From the IMG/VR virus record IMGVR_UViG_3300044988_000027, positions 1-24,315 of that record: a stretch of DNA of 24,315 nt. One strand, given 5' to 3'. Each line of letters opens with the position of its first letter. Position 1 is the stretch's first letter. Below the pieces are notes generated by a model. That model saw only the letters and a program-made list of their open reading frames with translations. It did no database searches and was not told the origin of the DNA. The DNA comes from a virus (Duplodnaviria; Caudoviricetes). Positions 1 to 8,461 of the stretch are shown here, one piece after another. Both the position numbers and the translations under genes were made by a program.

Positions 1-295
1 CTAAATTTCCACTGCCTATGTTATAGCAGAGGCAAACTAGCGCATCGTATTCATTCTGGGTAAGCGGTTCGCCAATCGCGTTGACGGTATGCTCATACGG
101 CGCTAACGTCTGCGCTAGTAAATGCAATGCCGCTGCTTCGCCCGGCAATGCCTGATTAGCTTTCACGGGTGTTCCGTCCGCATAGCGGGTTGAGCCTATG
201 CCAATTGTCCAAACACCTGCTGGGCATTTATAGCTTTGCAGCTTACAACCTTCAAATTCTTTAATTAGGGTTAACCCTTTTTCACCTATCTTCAT
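1..295 (-). CDS. Endolysin, GH24 phage lysozyme (3' end runs off the window; not in ORF track)
   Basis: My translation from ATG 295: MKIGEKGLTLIKEFEGCKLQSYKCPAGVWTIGIGSTRY...LTQNEYDALVCLCYNIGSGNL. It has the GH24 E-x8-[D/C]-x5-T catalytic motif and a DAL..YN.G motif. ATGA overlap with the upstream gene's stop at 292-295. Confidence 0.95.
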   Translation of the reverse strand, partial: MKIGEKGLTLIKEFEGCKLQSYKCPAGVWTIGIGSTRYADGTPVKANQALPGEAAALHLLAQTLAPYEHTVNAIGEPLTQNEYDALVCLCYNIGSGNL

Positions 296-534
296 TTTTT
301 TTCTCGTAGCAATAGAATAGTGGTCAGTTTTTGCGTCAGTCTTATCATGTCGTTATCCAGCACCCGCACTTGGTCGATTAGCTCGATTAGCGCGTCTGTT
401 GCTTCTTGCAGAATAGGCTTTACGACGGTGGTCGCCCAGAGCCAGACAAAGTAGACAATATAGCCCATACCGCCAGCAGCGATAATTGGGAATCCATACT
501 GGTTAATATATTTAGCGATAGCATCGGCGTCCAT
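292..534 (-). CDS. Small single-TM membrane protein with C-terminal coiled coil; putative holin-like (GFPI motif, YvrJ-like)
   Basis: YGFPIIAAGGMGYIVYFVWLW hydrophobic helix followed by a heptad-like tail; directly upstream of the lysozyme. Confidence 0.6.
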   Translation of the reverse strand: MDADAIAKYINQYGFPIIAAGGMGYIVYFVWLWATTVVKPILQEATDALIELIDQVRVLDNDMIRLTQKLTTILLLREKK

Positions 535-797
535 TAGTCTTTTCGCTCCACTGACGGGGGCTTGGGTTTTTCTTGCGGTATCTCAAGCGCCGTAGACGCT
601 AATTCATCAATTCTAACGATGTCATGCGACATGGCTGTAACACGTTTATCAAGTTGCTTGATAATGCCAATCAGACTTTTAATCTTCTCAAGCACACTAT
701 CAAGCAGAAATTTCTGCGTCAGGTAGACAAAATACATTCCGCCAGTCGCCGCCGCGATAGGAAACCCTACGTCCGAGGCAAACTGGAGAAATTCCAT
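534..797 (-). CDS. Small single-TM membrane protein, apparent paralog of 292-534; putative holin-like
   Basis: VGFPIAAATGGMYFVYL TM segment and a later DIVR motif (DMIR in its neighbour). TAATG overlaps on both sides. Confidence 0.6.
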   Translation of the reverse strand: MEFLQFASDVGFPIAAATGGMYFVYLTQKFLLDSVLEKIKSLIGIIKQLDKRVTAMSHDIVRIDELASTALEIPQEKPKPPSVERKD

Positions 798-1012
798 TAT
801 CGATTACCTAGCCACCAAGTGACAAAAGAGAACACCGCGCCGATGGTGAATACGATACCGCCCACAAAGCCTTTGTAGCGCGTCTGCTCCGACTTCATCT
901 CGTCAAGCGTTGTAATTATCGCGTCTAGCTTTTTCCCTCTGTCTTCAAATACTTCCTCAAGCGTTTCTATACGCTGTTCTGCTTTGGCTAAACGACAGGC
1001 TTCGTCGGGCAT
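797..1012 (-). CDS. Small coiled-coil protein with C-terminal TM helix (XhlA/holin-like lysis accessory)
   Basis: RLAKAEQRIETLEE coiled coil, then GFVGGIVFTIGAVFSFVTWWLG; lies in the lysis cassette. Confidence 0.55.
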   Translation of the reverse strand: MPDEACRLAKAEQRIETLEEVFEDRGKKLDAIITTLDEMKSEQTRYKGFVGGIVFTIGAVFSFVTWWLGNR

Positions 1013-1019
1013 CTCGACC

Positions 1020-1376
1020 TCACTTCAAGAATCTAAGTTTATAAAGAACGGTAAAATAGGTTTCCATAATACCATCAATCAAGTTTTGAATTGGCGTGTC
1101 ATCTTTACCGCAGACTTTATAGCGGTTTTCATCAATCCACGTCACTTGTTTCTTTAAGAAGTCTTCAATATTATCGACATTTTTACTGCCGATAATCTCA
1201 AGGTCTTTTAAGAGCTGATAACTGCCCTGATACGCCTCTGTAATGCCGTCCGCTTGCTCGATAATCCCATGATAAAAGTCGTTAAGCGCTATGTGCGCCG
1301 CAAAACTTCTAGTGCGTAGATGTTCACGATGGGCAACATCTCTTGCAAGAAATAATAACGATATGAAATGTTCCAT
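1020..1376 (-). CDS. Ferritin/Dps-like four-helix protein (DUF5856-like)
   Basis: AHREHLRTRSFAAHIALNDFYHGIIEQADGITEAYQG parallels the Dps H..H...D..AE ferroxidase segment; ends YKLRFLK. Confidence 0.7.
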   Translation of the reverse strand: MEHFISLLFLARDVAHREHLRTRSFAAHIALNDFYHGIIEQADGITEAYQGSYQLLKDLEIIGSKNVDNIEDFLKKQVTWIDENRYKVCGKDDTPIQNLIDGIMETYFTVLYKLRFLK

Positions 1377-1750
1377 TATTTATCTATCCTCTTAATGTTT
1401 TCCCAATACCCATCATCTCTAGCACTGGCTGATTCTGGGTCATGTTGTTCACCATATATATCTTCAATAGGTTCACCGTCCATATTGCGTAGCGCGTAAA
1501 CACAGTAATAGACCGTACCATCTTCAACTGCTGTAATCTTATGCTGATGTTCTTTGCGAATAACAATAAAGGTAGGTGCTGTAAATTCTTTAGGCTCATG
1601 GCCTTCAATCTCAACAGATACCTTACCCGACACAAGCAGTGTTACATGGTCGAACTTATGCTCATGTCCGCCGTGTGTTTCACCGGCAAGCTCTAGGACG
1701 TTTTGCTTAACCCAGATATTGCCAAAGTAACCTAACTCAAAAGTTTTCAT
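1376..1750 (-). CDS. Cupin-domain protein
   Basis: Cupin motif 1 GHEHKFDHVTLLVSG and motif 2 FIVIRKEHQHKITA. Confidence 0.85.
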   Translation of the reverse strand: MKTFELGYFGNIWVKQNVLELAGETHGGHEHKFDHVTLLVSGKVSVEIEGHEPKEFTAPTFIVIRKEHQHKITAVEDGTVYYCVYALRNMDGEPIEDIYGEQHDPESASARDDGYWENIKRIDK

Positions 1751-2172
1751 GGTAGTTCAACCACTTGTGTTTGCTCAACCCAAGATACAGACGGTTCATC
1801 CCAGTAATACTGTTTGTCGTCTTGCGGATAAGCTAACGGTGGTTGCCATGACATCGTGTCAATATCGCCTACCCACGAAGGATAAGGCTTTCTAGCTTGA
1901 TGCTCTGTTTCTTTATCTGCGTTAAATTCAGCTTCTGAAAGCACTTTTAAAACACCAACAAGTTCTACGTCTGCATCGTCATCACACGTTCCCCAGATTA
2001 AAGGTGGCTTAGATAGCGAGCCGTCTGGGTTCGATGCGATTGGAAAATCCGATTCATTTTGAAAAATAAACTGAAAACCTTTTACGTTTGGAATCGCTGG
2101 ACCTGTGCGCATTGGTGCTTCTGTGCAAAGAATACCAGTGTCTGCATCTATGTTTGTTAGTTGTATGTACAT
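1747..2172 (-). CDS. Tail-fibre accessory/assembly-like protein
   Basis: Follows the lectin gene. C-terminal Trp/Pro motif PYPSW...WQPPLAYP.D...Y.WDE....W is of a kind seen in phage fibre-associated proteins. Confidence 0.5.
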   Translation of the reverse strand: MYIQLTNIDADTGILCTEAPMRTGPAIPNVKGFQFIFQNESDFPIASNPDGSLSKPPLIWGTCDDDADVELVGVLKVLSEAEFNADKETEHQARKPYPSWVGDIDTMSWQPPLAYPQDDKQYYWDEPSVSWVEQTQVVELP

Positions 2173-2202
2173 TTTATATCCTATTTTATTGATTAACGCT
2201 GT

Positions 2203-2853
2203 TTATATAGCGATTCTCCGAACAGCTCTGACATACCAAGTATTGAACTTAGAGTTGGAGTTCTGAACCCCAATATTGAAGCCCTGTATCCATGCGTACT
2301 GAGGACCGTTCTCAGTAGAAGACCAATAGTTGTCAGAGGCAAACGCATTCGTTTCACCAGTTCTAAACCCAATACCCACGCTGGTTTGAGGAGGGGAGCT
2401 ACTAGTGTAATTAGTGCTTATTAATTCTGGCGATACGGCATTGGCATTTGAACCGCTAGACGTATTATTCGCATCAGTCGTAGGTTTTAAAAAGTAATAC
2501 AACACTTCAAGTTCGTTTTTAGCGGGGAGATACCAATCACTATAACCACCTATTGTTAAGCCTTCGCAAAATACAGCAGCTTGATATGCTGCACCAAGCG
2601 CTGCTAATGAAGCGGAATTAGTAGGTCCATTTATAACCGACGTAATTCCTGTCGTCACACCATACACTCCCCATGTTCTACTTGAATTTTCACCTGACGC
2701 TTTAGGGGCGACAATTAAGTAGTGTGTAGCGACACCTCCGCCACCTACAGCAATTTTACCAGCGTAAAAACCACCACCAAACGCTTGTCCAATAGTTGTT
2801 GGACCCGCTGGCTTATAAGTCCCGCCACTTAACATTTGCTGAATTCCACTCAT
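2203..2853 (-). CDS. DUF1566/Lcl-type C-type-lectin-fold receptor-binding protein; candidate DGR target
   Basis: Motifs GGYSDWYLPAKNEL and YWSSTE...AW...F..G.....K....VRAVRR. Start moved to ATG 2853 (TAATG overlap). Confidence 0.85.
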   Translation of the reverse strand: MSGIQQMLSGGTYKPAGPTTIGQAFGGGFYAGKIAVGGGGVATHYLIVAPKASGENSSRTWGVYGVTTGITSVINGPTNSASLAALGAAYQAAVFCEGLTIGGYSDWYLPAKNELEVLYYFLKPTTDANNTSSGSNANAVSPELISTNYTSSSPPQTSVGIGFRTGETNAFASDNYWSSTENGPQYAWIQGFNIGVQNSNSKFNTWYVRAVRRIAI

Positions 2854-3677
2854 TAGGTCAACCCCGCACCGGAAATAATCCAAGTAGTTGATGTCATTTT
2901 AAGTGCTGTCGCTGTGCCGTATTGTGCAAGTGAGCGTGTACCTGTCGTACCTGTGCCGGCTAAATACATTGTGTCAGTTGTGATAGCAATACTGACCACT
3001 TGTGAAGTCATATTAACAAAAGAGATTGCTGTACCGATTGGATAAGCTACCGAACTATTAGCGGGGATTGTAAACGTCCGAGCGTTAGCGTCTGTTGAAG
3101 GGTGAAAAATACATTTGCCGCTATCCGCTAAAACGGCTGTGTAAGCTGCACTTTGACTATTGACAGGAATATTTCTAAACCCTACTGCGTCAGTCCCGTC
3201 AACCGTACAAGATGACAACGTACCGCTTGATGGTGTACCTAAAGGCTGACCGACATTAAATACAATATTACCTGTCATCGTGCCGCCAGTGGTTGGCAGG
3301 TAACCAGAAATAGTTTGACCGACATTAAATACAATATTACCTGTCATCGTGCCGCCAGTGGTTGGCAGGTAACCAGAAATAGTTTGACCGACATTAAATA
3401 CAATATTACCTGTCATCGTGCCGCCAGTAAGCAATAAAACCTGCTCATATCGCACAGAATCCCCCGCAGACGTGCCAGCGGCAAGTCCTGTGAGTTTCTT
3501 TGCGTTCATGGGCAAGTTAGCAGACGGCGTAGACTGACCATCACGAGTGATGCAGTTAGTTAGCGCTGTTGCAATGTCACTGTTAGTATTGTTTGTCGTC
3601 GTAGACGAAATCGTTGTACCGGTGACAACGGGGTTGCCAGCAGGCAGATTGTATGTTCCTGAGCCGTTAAAAGCCAT
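2853..3677 (-). CDS. Tail fibre protein (virion-anchoring N-terminus, GGTMTG repeats)
   Basis: N-terminus MAFNGSGTYNLPAG...DIATALTNCITRDGQ..ANLPM, three GGTMTG fibre repeats, beta-rich C-terminal domain; position after the ejection genes. Confidence 0.85.
   Translation of the reverse strand: MAFNGSGTYNLPAGNPVVTGTTISSTTTNNTNSDIATALTNCITRDGQSTPSANLPMNAKKLTGLAAGTSAGDSVRYEQVLLLTGGTMTGNIVFNVGQTISGYLPTTGGTMTGNIVFNVGQTISGYLPTTGGTMTGNIVFNVGQPLGTPSSGTLSSCTVDGTDAVGFRNIPVNSQSAAYTAVLADSGKCIFHPSTDANARTFTIPANSSVAYPIGTAISFVNMTSQVVSIAITTDTMYLAGTGTTGTRSLAQYGTATALKMTSTTWIISGAGLT
3247..3428. repeat. Perfect 69-bp tandem repeat, about 2.6 copies (23 aa TGGTMTGNIVFNVGQTISGYLPT)
   Basis: tgaccgacattaaatacaatattacctgtcatcgtgccgccagt starts at 3247, 3316 and 3385, with identical sequence between copies. 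Confidence 0.97.
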
Positions 3678-6547
3678 TATTTTTCTCCACTATATGATGT
3701 GCTTGATTGCAGCGCTGAAAGACTTTGCCCAGCTAAACCGCCTGCGCCTATTCTAAGGTTTTGCTCGTTATAAGGCAAACGAGATTGCGCCCGTTCAATA
3801 GCGTTAGCAAACGCTTCGGATGACATAAGCTCCCTAGATAACTTTTCGGCAATAGCTTTGTCGGCTTGTTTAGTTACCAAACCATGAATCCATCTAAGCG
3901 TTGCGCCTTCCGTTGTCAATTGATACGGCGTATGAGGCGTTGCTTCAGATGCCATTTTCTTTGTGTTTTCGCCTATCCGACGGCCTGTCATAGCAAGTGC
4001 TTCAAATTGTTCTTGGTCATTAAGCACAGACATAATTTTTTCTACTGTACGTTTTAGCGCCGGTTTACCTTCAGTCAAATTGTCCAGCGCTTGCGCAGTA
4101 TCATACGGATGATTTGGCGCTTCTTTTTTAACCTTCTCAAGCATTGACTGAATATTTGCGGTTTCTTTAAAATCAGCCAGTTTAGCTGCGCCTTCTTCTT
4201 TACCGTAAGTCGCTTTTAATAGCGTTGCTATACGCGAGTTTTCTAATGCTTTAGCTGTCTTAGCGCCTGCATTTTCAGCGCCTGCTGTAATAGGCTCAAA
4301 TGCGTTACTAATCACTTGGTTTGCCAGTTCAGGTTTTGCTTCAGGTGTTAGCTTGTGCAGTATGCGCCCCATCAAACGAGCATCGCCACTAACGGCTACT
4401 TTAGCTAAATTTTCAGGGTCAGTTGCGCCGCTTAAATCTTTAGCTGATTTGCTAATAATACGCTGTTGATTTGCTACCGACTCACCCACCACTTTAGGAA
4501 TTGCTTTAACTTGCTCACCAAGCGCCGCTTGATTTGCTTCGATAGGTTCAAAGTTACGCACGATTTCACTTAGTCGGTTTTGAATCCCCGCGCCAGTAGA
4601 ATCAAGCGTTTTTAGCGCTTCTCGGTTATCTCTTAAAAATTTATCTGCGGATTTGCCGCCTTGCACAACTTCGGCGTTAAATTTGCCTTCGACGCCTGTT
4701 GCGATAGCTTGTAGCGCTTCGGGGTCATTCCCAAACGCGCGAATAAAATCCGCTGCATGGTCAGGATGTAAAAATTTATCTGCTACTTCAGAAGGGTTAA
4801 TCTGCGGTCTATAGGTATTAGTTTGGCGAGTAAGTTTATCTACTGTACCCTCCATGTAAGGCTCCGCTACCGTAGACCTAAAAAGTTTGTTAGCTTCATC
4901 AAAAACTGCTCTAGCTTCAGTAGGCGCATTTTGGGCAATAGAGTCGTCAATCCCTTGTTTTAATATTTTTAAGTTTCGTATTCTTAAGGCTGTTTCAGGG
5001 ACGCCTTCAAGTTCTCTAATGTCTGTGAGAATTTCACTCCGCAATGCTTTAAGAGATTCTAAAGTTGCCATTGGAGGCAGGCCTTCAGAAGACGGCTTAA
5101 GCGGTTTTCCGTTTGCGCCTAATAGTACAGGCCCTTCATCGGCTTGCTGTTTAAATACTTTAAGCGCGGTGTGAGTGAATGGCGCCGACTCTTTGTTTAT
5201 CGCCGTCGAAATGTTTTCTGATAGCTCTGTCGCTTTATCAATTAACGGTTTAATGCTAAAAGGTTGCGGCGCAAGCTCAAAAGATTGCTTATATAAAGGG
5301 CTGACTAGCTTAGCCGCTTGGTCTTGAAGCTCTCTTTTACGCGCTATTACAGTCTGCCCAATTTCGCGTTGTTCTGGTTGCGCGACTGTACTAGCCACTT
5401 GCTGCTTAGCTTCTTCAAGCCCCGCCTGTTGTGTTTCAGCTTGGCGCAACATTTCGGCTGTCCGCGCCGCTTTAGTATTTTCAAGCGTTTTACTTTGCGC
5501 CGCCAATCCGCTTTGCACATTTTGATATGGCGCGGCGGCGCTTACTTTGCTAACAGGCAATTCACCTTGATGCAGCGCATTGAGCGAGCTTTGCGCTTGA
5601 TTAACTCTTGACGCTAAGGCTTCTTCTTCAGCTTTACGTTTAGCTGACCACTCAGGTGCTGTCGCTTTGTTAATTTCTGACGATTGAATATTTGCTGCAA
5701 GGTCTGGGGATTGAATATCCACTGCAAGTTGCTCTGGCGTCATTCCCGCGCGTAATTTTTCAACCGCTTCAGGTGGGTTAGCGCCGCGTAAACTTTCTAA
5801 AATTTTAGCGTCTAAAATAGCTTGTCTTCCAGACTCATATAAAGGTTTACCTAACATCGCTACACCACGAGCAACAGGCGCTAAAACGCCTGACGTTGCG
5901 CCGGCCAAAGCGCCAAACCCTGCATTGCCCATAGCTGAGCTATTAGGGTCAATTAACTGTCCTGCCGCCGTATTCATTAACGCGCCAGCACCTACTTTAG
6001 CAATATAGTCTTTAGCGTATTGTTTTGACGGGCCTGTGCTAAGGCCAAACGATTCCGCTGCCGCCGCAACATTTTCAGGTAATTTTGCCATTCTAGCGCC
6101 AGCGCCTGCTGCGCCGCCAAGCGCCATTAAAGGCGCTGTTTCACCACCAAATTCACCTACTTTAAACGGGAGGCTTTCTGGGTTTGCGCCCATCCCTTGA
6201 AGTTGCTGTTGAACTGCAGCTTTATATTCGTTAGCTTTTTCAGGCGACACGGCGTTAACTGTTTGCGCTGCGTTAACGCCAATATTAGATACGCCTTGCG
6301 CCAGTCCAGCAGGAAGGTTTCCTGAATATTTTGCCGCGCCCACAAGTGATTGGACGGCGTTAGCAGGAATGTCAGCAAACCGTTGAAGCGTTGATTTTTC
6401 TTCTGGTATCTCTGCCGCATCCGTTACTACGCGCCCCGATTCTTTTTCCGCTCTTTGGATAATAGCGTCTTGTGTAATATGGCTAGGGATATTTTCATAC
6501 TTAACCTGTGTTCCGTCATCGAGGTCTAATGTTACGCTTCTAACCAT
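3677..6547 (-). CDS. Large DNA-ejection / internal virion protein
   Basis: About 956 aa, Ala-rich and helical, with Gly/Ala hydrophobic segments near the N-terminus. P22 gp16 / T7 gp16 position. Start likely ATG 6547 (TAATG overlap). No catalytic motif recognised. Confidence 0.7.
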   Translation of the reverse strand: MVRSVTLDLDDGTQVKYENIPSHITQDAIIQRAEKESGRVVTDAAEIPEEKSTLQRFADIPANAVQSLVGAAKYSGNLPAGLAQGVSNIGVNAAQTVNAVSPEKANEYKAAVQQQLQGMGANPESLPFKVGEFGGETAPLMALGGAAGAGARMAKLPENVAAAAESFGLSTGPSKQYAKDYIAKVGAGALMNTAAGQLIDPNSSAMGNAGFGALAGATSGVLAPVARGVAMLGKPLYESGRQAILDAKILESLRGANPPEAVEKLRAGMTPEQLAVDIQSPDLAANIQSSEINKATAPEWSAKRKAEEEALASRVNQAQSSLNALHQGELPVSKVSAAAPYQNVQSGLAAQSKTLENTKAARTAEMLRQAETQQAGLEEAKQQVASTVAQPEQREIGQTVIARKRELQDQAAKLVSPLYKQSFELAPQPFSIKPLIDKATELSENISTAINKESAPFTHTALKVFKQQADEGPVLLGANGKPLKPSSEGLPPMATLESLKALRSEILTDIRELEGVPETALRIRNLKILKQGIDDSIAQNAPTEARAVFDEANKLFRSTVAEPYMEGTVDKLTRQTNTYRPQINPSEVADKFLHPDHAADFIRAFGNDPEALQAIATGVEGKFNAEVVQGGKSADKFLRDNREALKTLDSTGAGIQNRLSEIVRNFEPIEANQAALGEQVKAIPKVVGESVANQQRIISKSAKDLSGATDPENLAKVAVSGDARLMGRILHKLTPEAKPELANQVISNAFEPITAGAENAGAKTAKALENSRIATLLKATYGKEEGAAKLADFKETANIQSMLEKVKKEAPNHPYDTAQALDNLTEGKPALKRTVEKIMSVLNDQEQFEALAMTGRRIGENTKKMASEATPHTPYQLTTEGATLRWIHGLVTKQADKAIAEKLSRELMSSEAFANAIERAQSRLPYNEQNLRIGAGGLAGQSLSALQSSTSYSGEK

Positions 6548-8169
6548 TACTCGCTCCAATTCTTAATGATGACTTTACTTTTAGGCGGCGCTGTTTGCCC
6601 TGCGGGTTGCTGAGGTGCTTCTTCTTTAGGTGCAAATCTTGAAAGATTATGCCCTGCGTAATTAAAATCTTTTCCGGTGCCTAATTTATATTCACTTGCA
6701 AGCGTTTTAACTCGACCGCCAAACAAACTATCAAACGATTGTACCATCCCTTTAAACTGCGCGGGGGAAATATTGCCGTTAAGTAGCGCCTTATAATCTT
6801 GACGGTCACCAAGCGCCGATGCTCCGCCAGCAGCTAATACCGCCGCTGCAATCTCTGGTGCGACCATTTGCGCTGTAGCACCAAATGACGCTTGCGGTGC
6901 TTGCCCTCTTTCTTGAGCTATTTTGTTAAAAATACTGTTTGCAGCAGGGATATCGCCGTTTTCTAATGCTTTATACGCGTCTTTTAAAACGTCAATATGT
7001 TGCACAGCCGTTCCAATACGCATTATATTTTTGCCGGAATTTCCTGCCGTAGAAAAGTCTAAAGCTGTTTTTACTTTACTTTTTGCGTCGGCAGTCCCAC
7101 TTACTATATCACTAGGGTTAATGCCTTTTTCTGACTGCCATGCTTGATATGCAAGTTGGTCTTTAGTGCCAAGACGAGGATTCAGGCCGTTCATCTGATT
7201 ACTTAGTAGTTGAGTAAAAATAGCGTCCCTTTGCGGCGAAAATTGCGAGGGTTTAGAAGCTCCCCCCATAGCACCGTTAGGCTGCGGCGGTGCTCCAGTA
7301 GGCGCTCCAGTAGGTTGAGGCGCAACATTACTAGCAGGGGGCGCAGTGGCACTGCCAAATGGGACAAGCGCTCCGTTAGACCCCACTTTAAAATACTGCC
7401 CAGTTTGTCTATTAAACGTAATAGGCTCTCCCGTATTAGAATCTATGCCAGCAGCCGCATAATGGTCTTGATTTCCGCCTTGATTTTGCCGTAAACTGGC
7501 TACTAACTTAGCATTTGCTTCCTGTTGAGCAAACCTGTCCTGTTGCATTCGCTCATAAAACTCTTGACGTTCTTTCTCGCGAGCAGCTCTTTCTTCAGCG
7601 TTTGCGGCAGCAATTTCTTTTCTCGTTTGCAACGCTTCTTGTTTAATTTCTTTATCTTGTTGCTTGCCGTACATGAATTGTTCATGCGATTGCAATGGCG
7701 CGGCGTATTCTGGCGCAATCGTAACTAAGTTGCTAATAGCGCTCATTCGTTGGTCTGGCGTTAAATTTTCCACAGGCTGCTGTGTAAACTCTTGACGAGG
7801 CGTCGCTTGTGGTTGTTCTGCGCCAGTAACGCCCGCCCACAATTTACTACCCCAAGAAGGTGATTGCTCAGGCGTAGCAAGCGATTCTCGCAGGTCTTGT
7901 GAAATAGGAAGCCCTGCTTGCAAAAGCCCGTTAGCGAGTGCTTTGTTTTTATCTCTTTCTGCTTTGTCCAAATCTTCTCTAGCGCCGCTTTCTTGATACG
8001 CGCCGATGATATTTTGCAACGCGCCAAGCGCGGCTCCACCAGTATTAGGAACGTACCATCCGCTAACCATTTGACCAGCCGCAATATTATCGCCTTTTTC
8101 TTGTAACTTACGAGCTAAAGCAATTCTATCTTTAGCACCAAGCACTTTTTCATCATATAAACTAGCCAC
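6547..8169 (-). CDS. DNA-ejection / internal virion protein
   Basis: GQMVSGWYV motif near the N-terminus, coiled-coil and Pro-rich linkers. Probable GTG start at 8169 after GGAGGT; the ORF track starts it at 8190. Confidence 0.65.
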   Translation of the reverse strand: MASLYDEKVLGAKDRIALARKLQEKGDNIAAGQMVSGWYVPNTGGAALGALQNIIGAYQESGAREDLDKAERDKNKALANGLLQAGLPISQDLRESLATPEQSPSWGSKLWAGVTGAEQPQATPRQEFTQQPVENLTPDQRMSAISNLVTIAPEYAAPLQSHEQFMYGKQQDKEIKQEALQTRKEIAAANAEERAAREKERQEFYERMQQDRFAQQEANAKLVASLRQNQGGNQDHYAAAGIDSNTGEPITFNRQTGQYFKVGSNGALVPFGSATAPPASNVAPQPTGAPTGAPPQPNGAMGGASKPSQFSPQRDAIFTQLLSNQMNGLNPRLGTKDQLAYQAWQSEKGINPSDIVSGTADAKSKVKTALDFSTAGNSGKNIMRIGTAVQHIDVLKDAYKALENGDIPAANSIFNKIAQERGQAPQASFGATAQMVAPEIAAAVLAAGGASALGDRQDYKALLNGNISPAQFKGMVQSFDSLFGGRVKTLASEYKLGTGKDFNYAGHNLSRFAPKEEAPQQPAGQTAPPKSKVIIKNWSE

Positions 8170-8461
8170 TCGCACCTCCAAATAGCCCATTCCATTTGTT
8201 TTGCAAACCGTTCATAAAGCTACCCTCGTCAGGTGTTTTTGCCTGTTGCTTGGCAAAATCAACGTCATATTGACCAAATTCATCCGCGTACTGCTGTGCG
8301 TCGCTTTTGCCAGCTTCTTTAATAGCCTGATAACCTTTACCAAGCGCTTCCGCGTTCTGCATTATGGATTGCGCTGACGGCGCGGCATTACCTCGCGGGT
8401 ATTGCGGTTGGTTTCTAAGTGCAGCCACCAGCGCTGCGTGTTGGTCTTCACCTAGCATCAT
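8162..8461 (-). CDS. Small putative internal virion protein
   Basis: 99 aa, Gln/Ala-rich, TAATG-coupled to the pilot gene, inside the ejection block. Confidence 0.55.
   Translation of the reverse strand: MMLGEDQHAALVAALRNQPQYPRGNAAPSAQSIMQNAEALGKGYQAIKEAGKSDAQQYADEFGQYDVDFAKQQAKTPDEGSFMNGLQNKWNGLFGGASG

Noticed and set aside
2173-2346. A complete DGR cassette
   Set aside because: No reverse transcriptase, Avd, template repeat or downstream hairpin in the window. Only a target-like gene is supported.
3247-3428. CRISPR-like array
   Set aside because: The sequences between repeats are identical rather than unique spacers, and the unit is an in-frame 23-codon coding repeat.
3677-8169. Virion RNA polymerase or lytic transglycosylase domain in the ejection proteins
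   Set aside because: I could not identify polymerase or transglycosylase catalytic motifs by eye. A profile search is needed.
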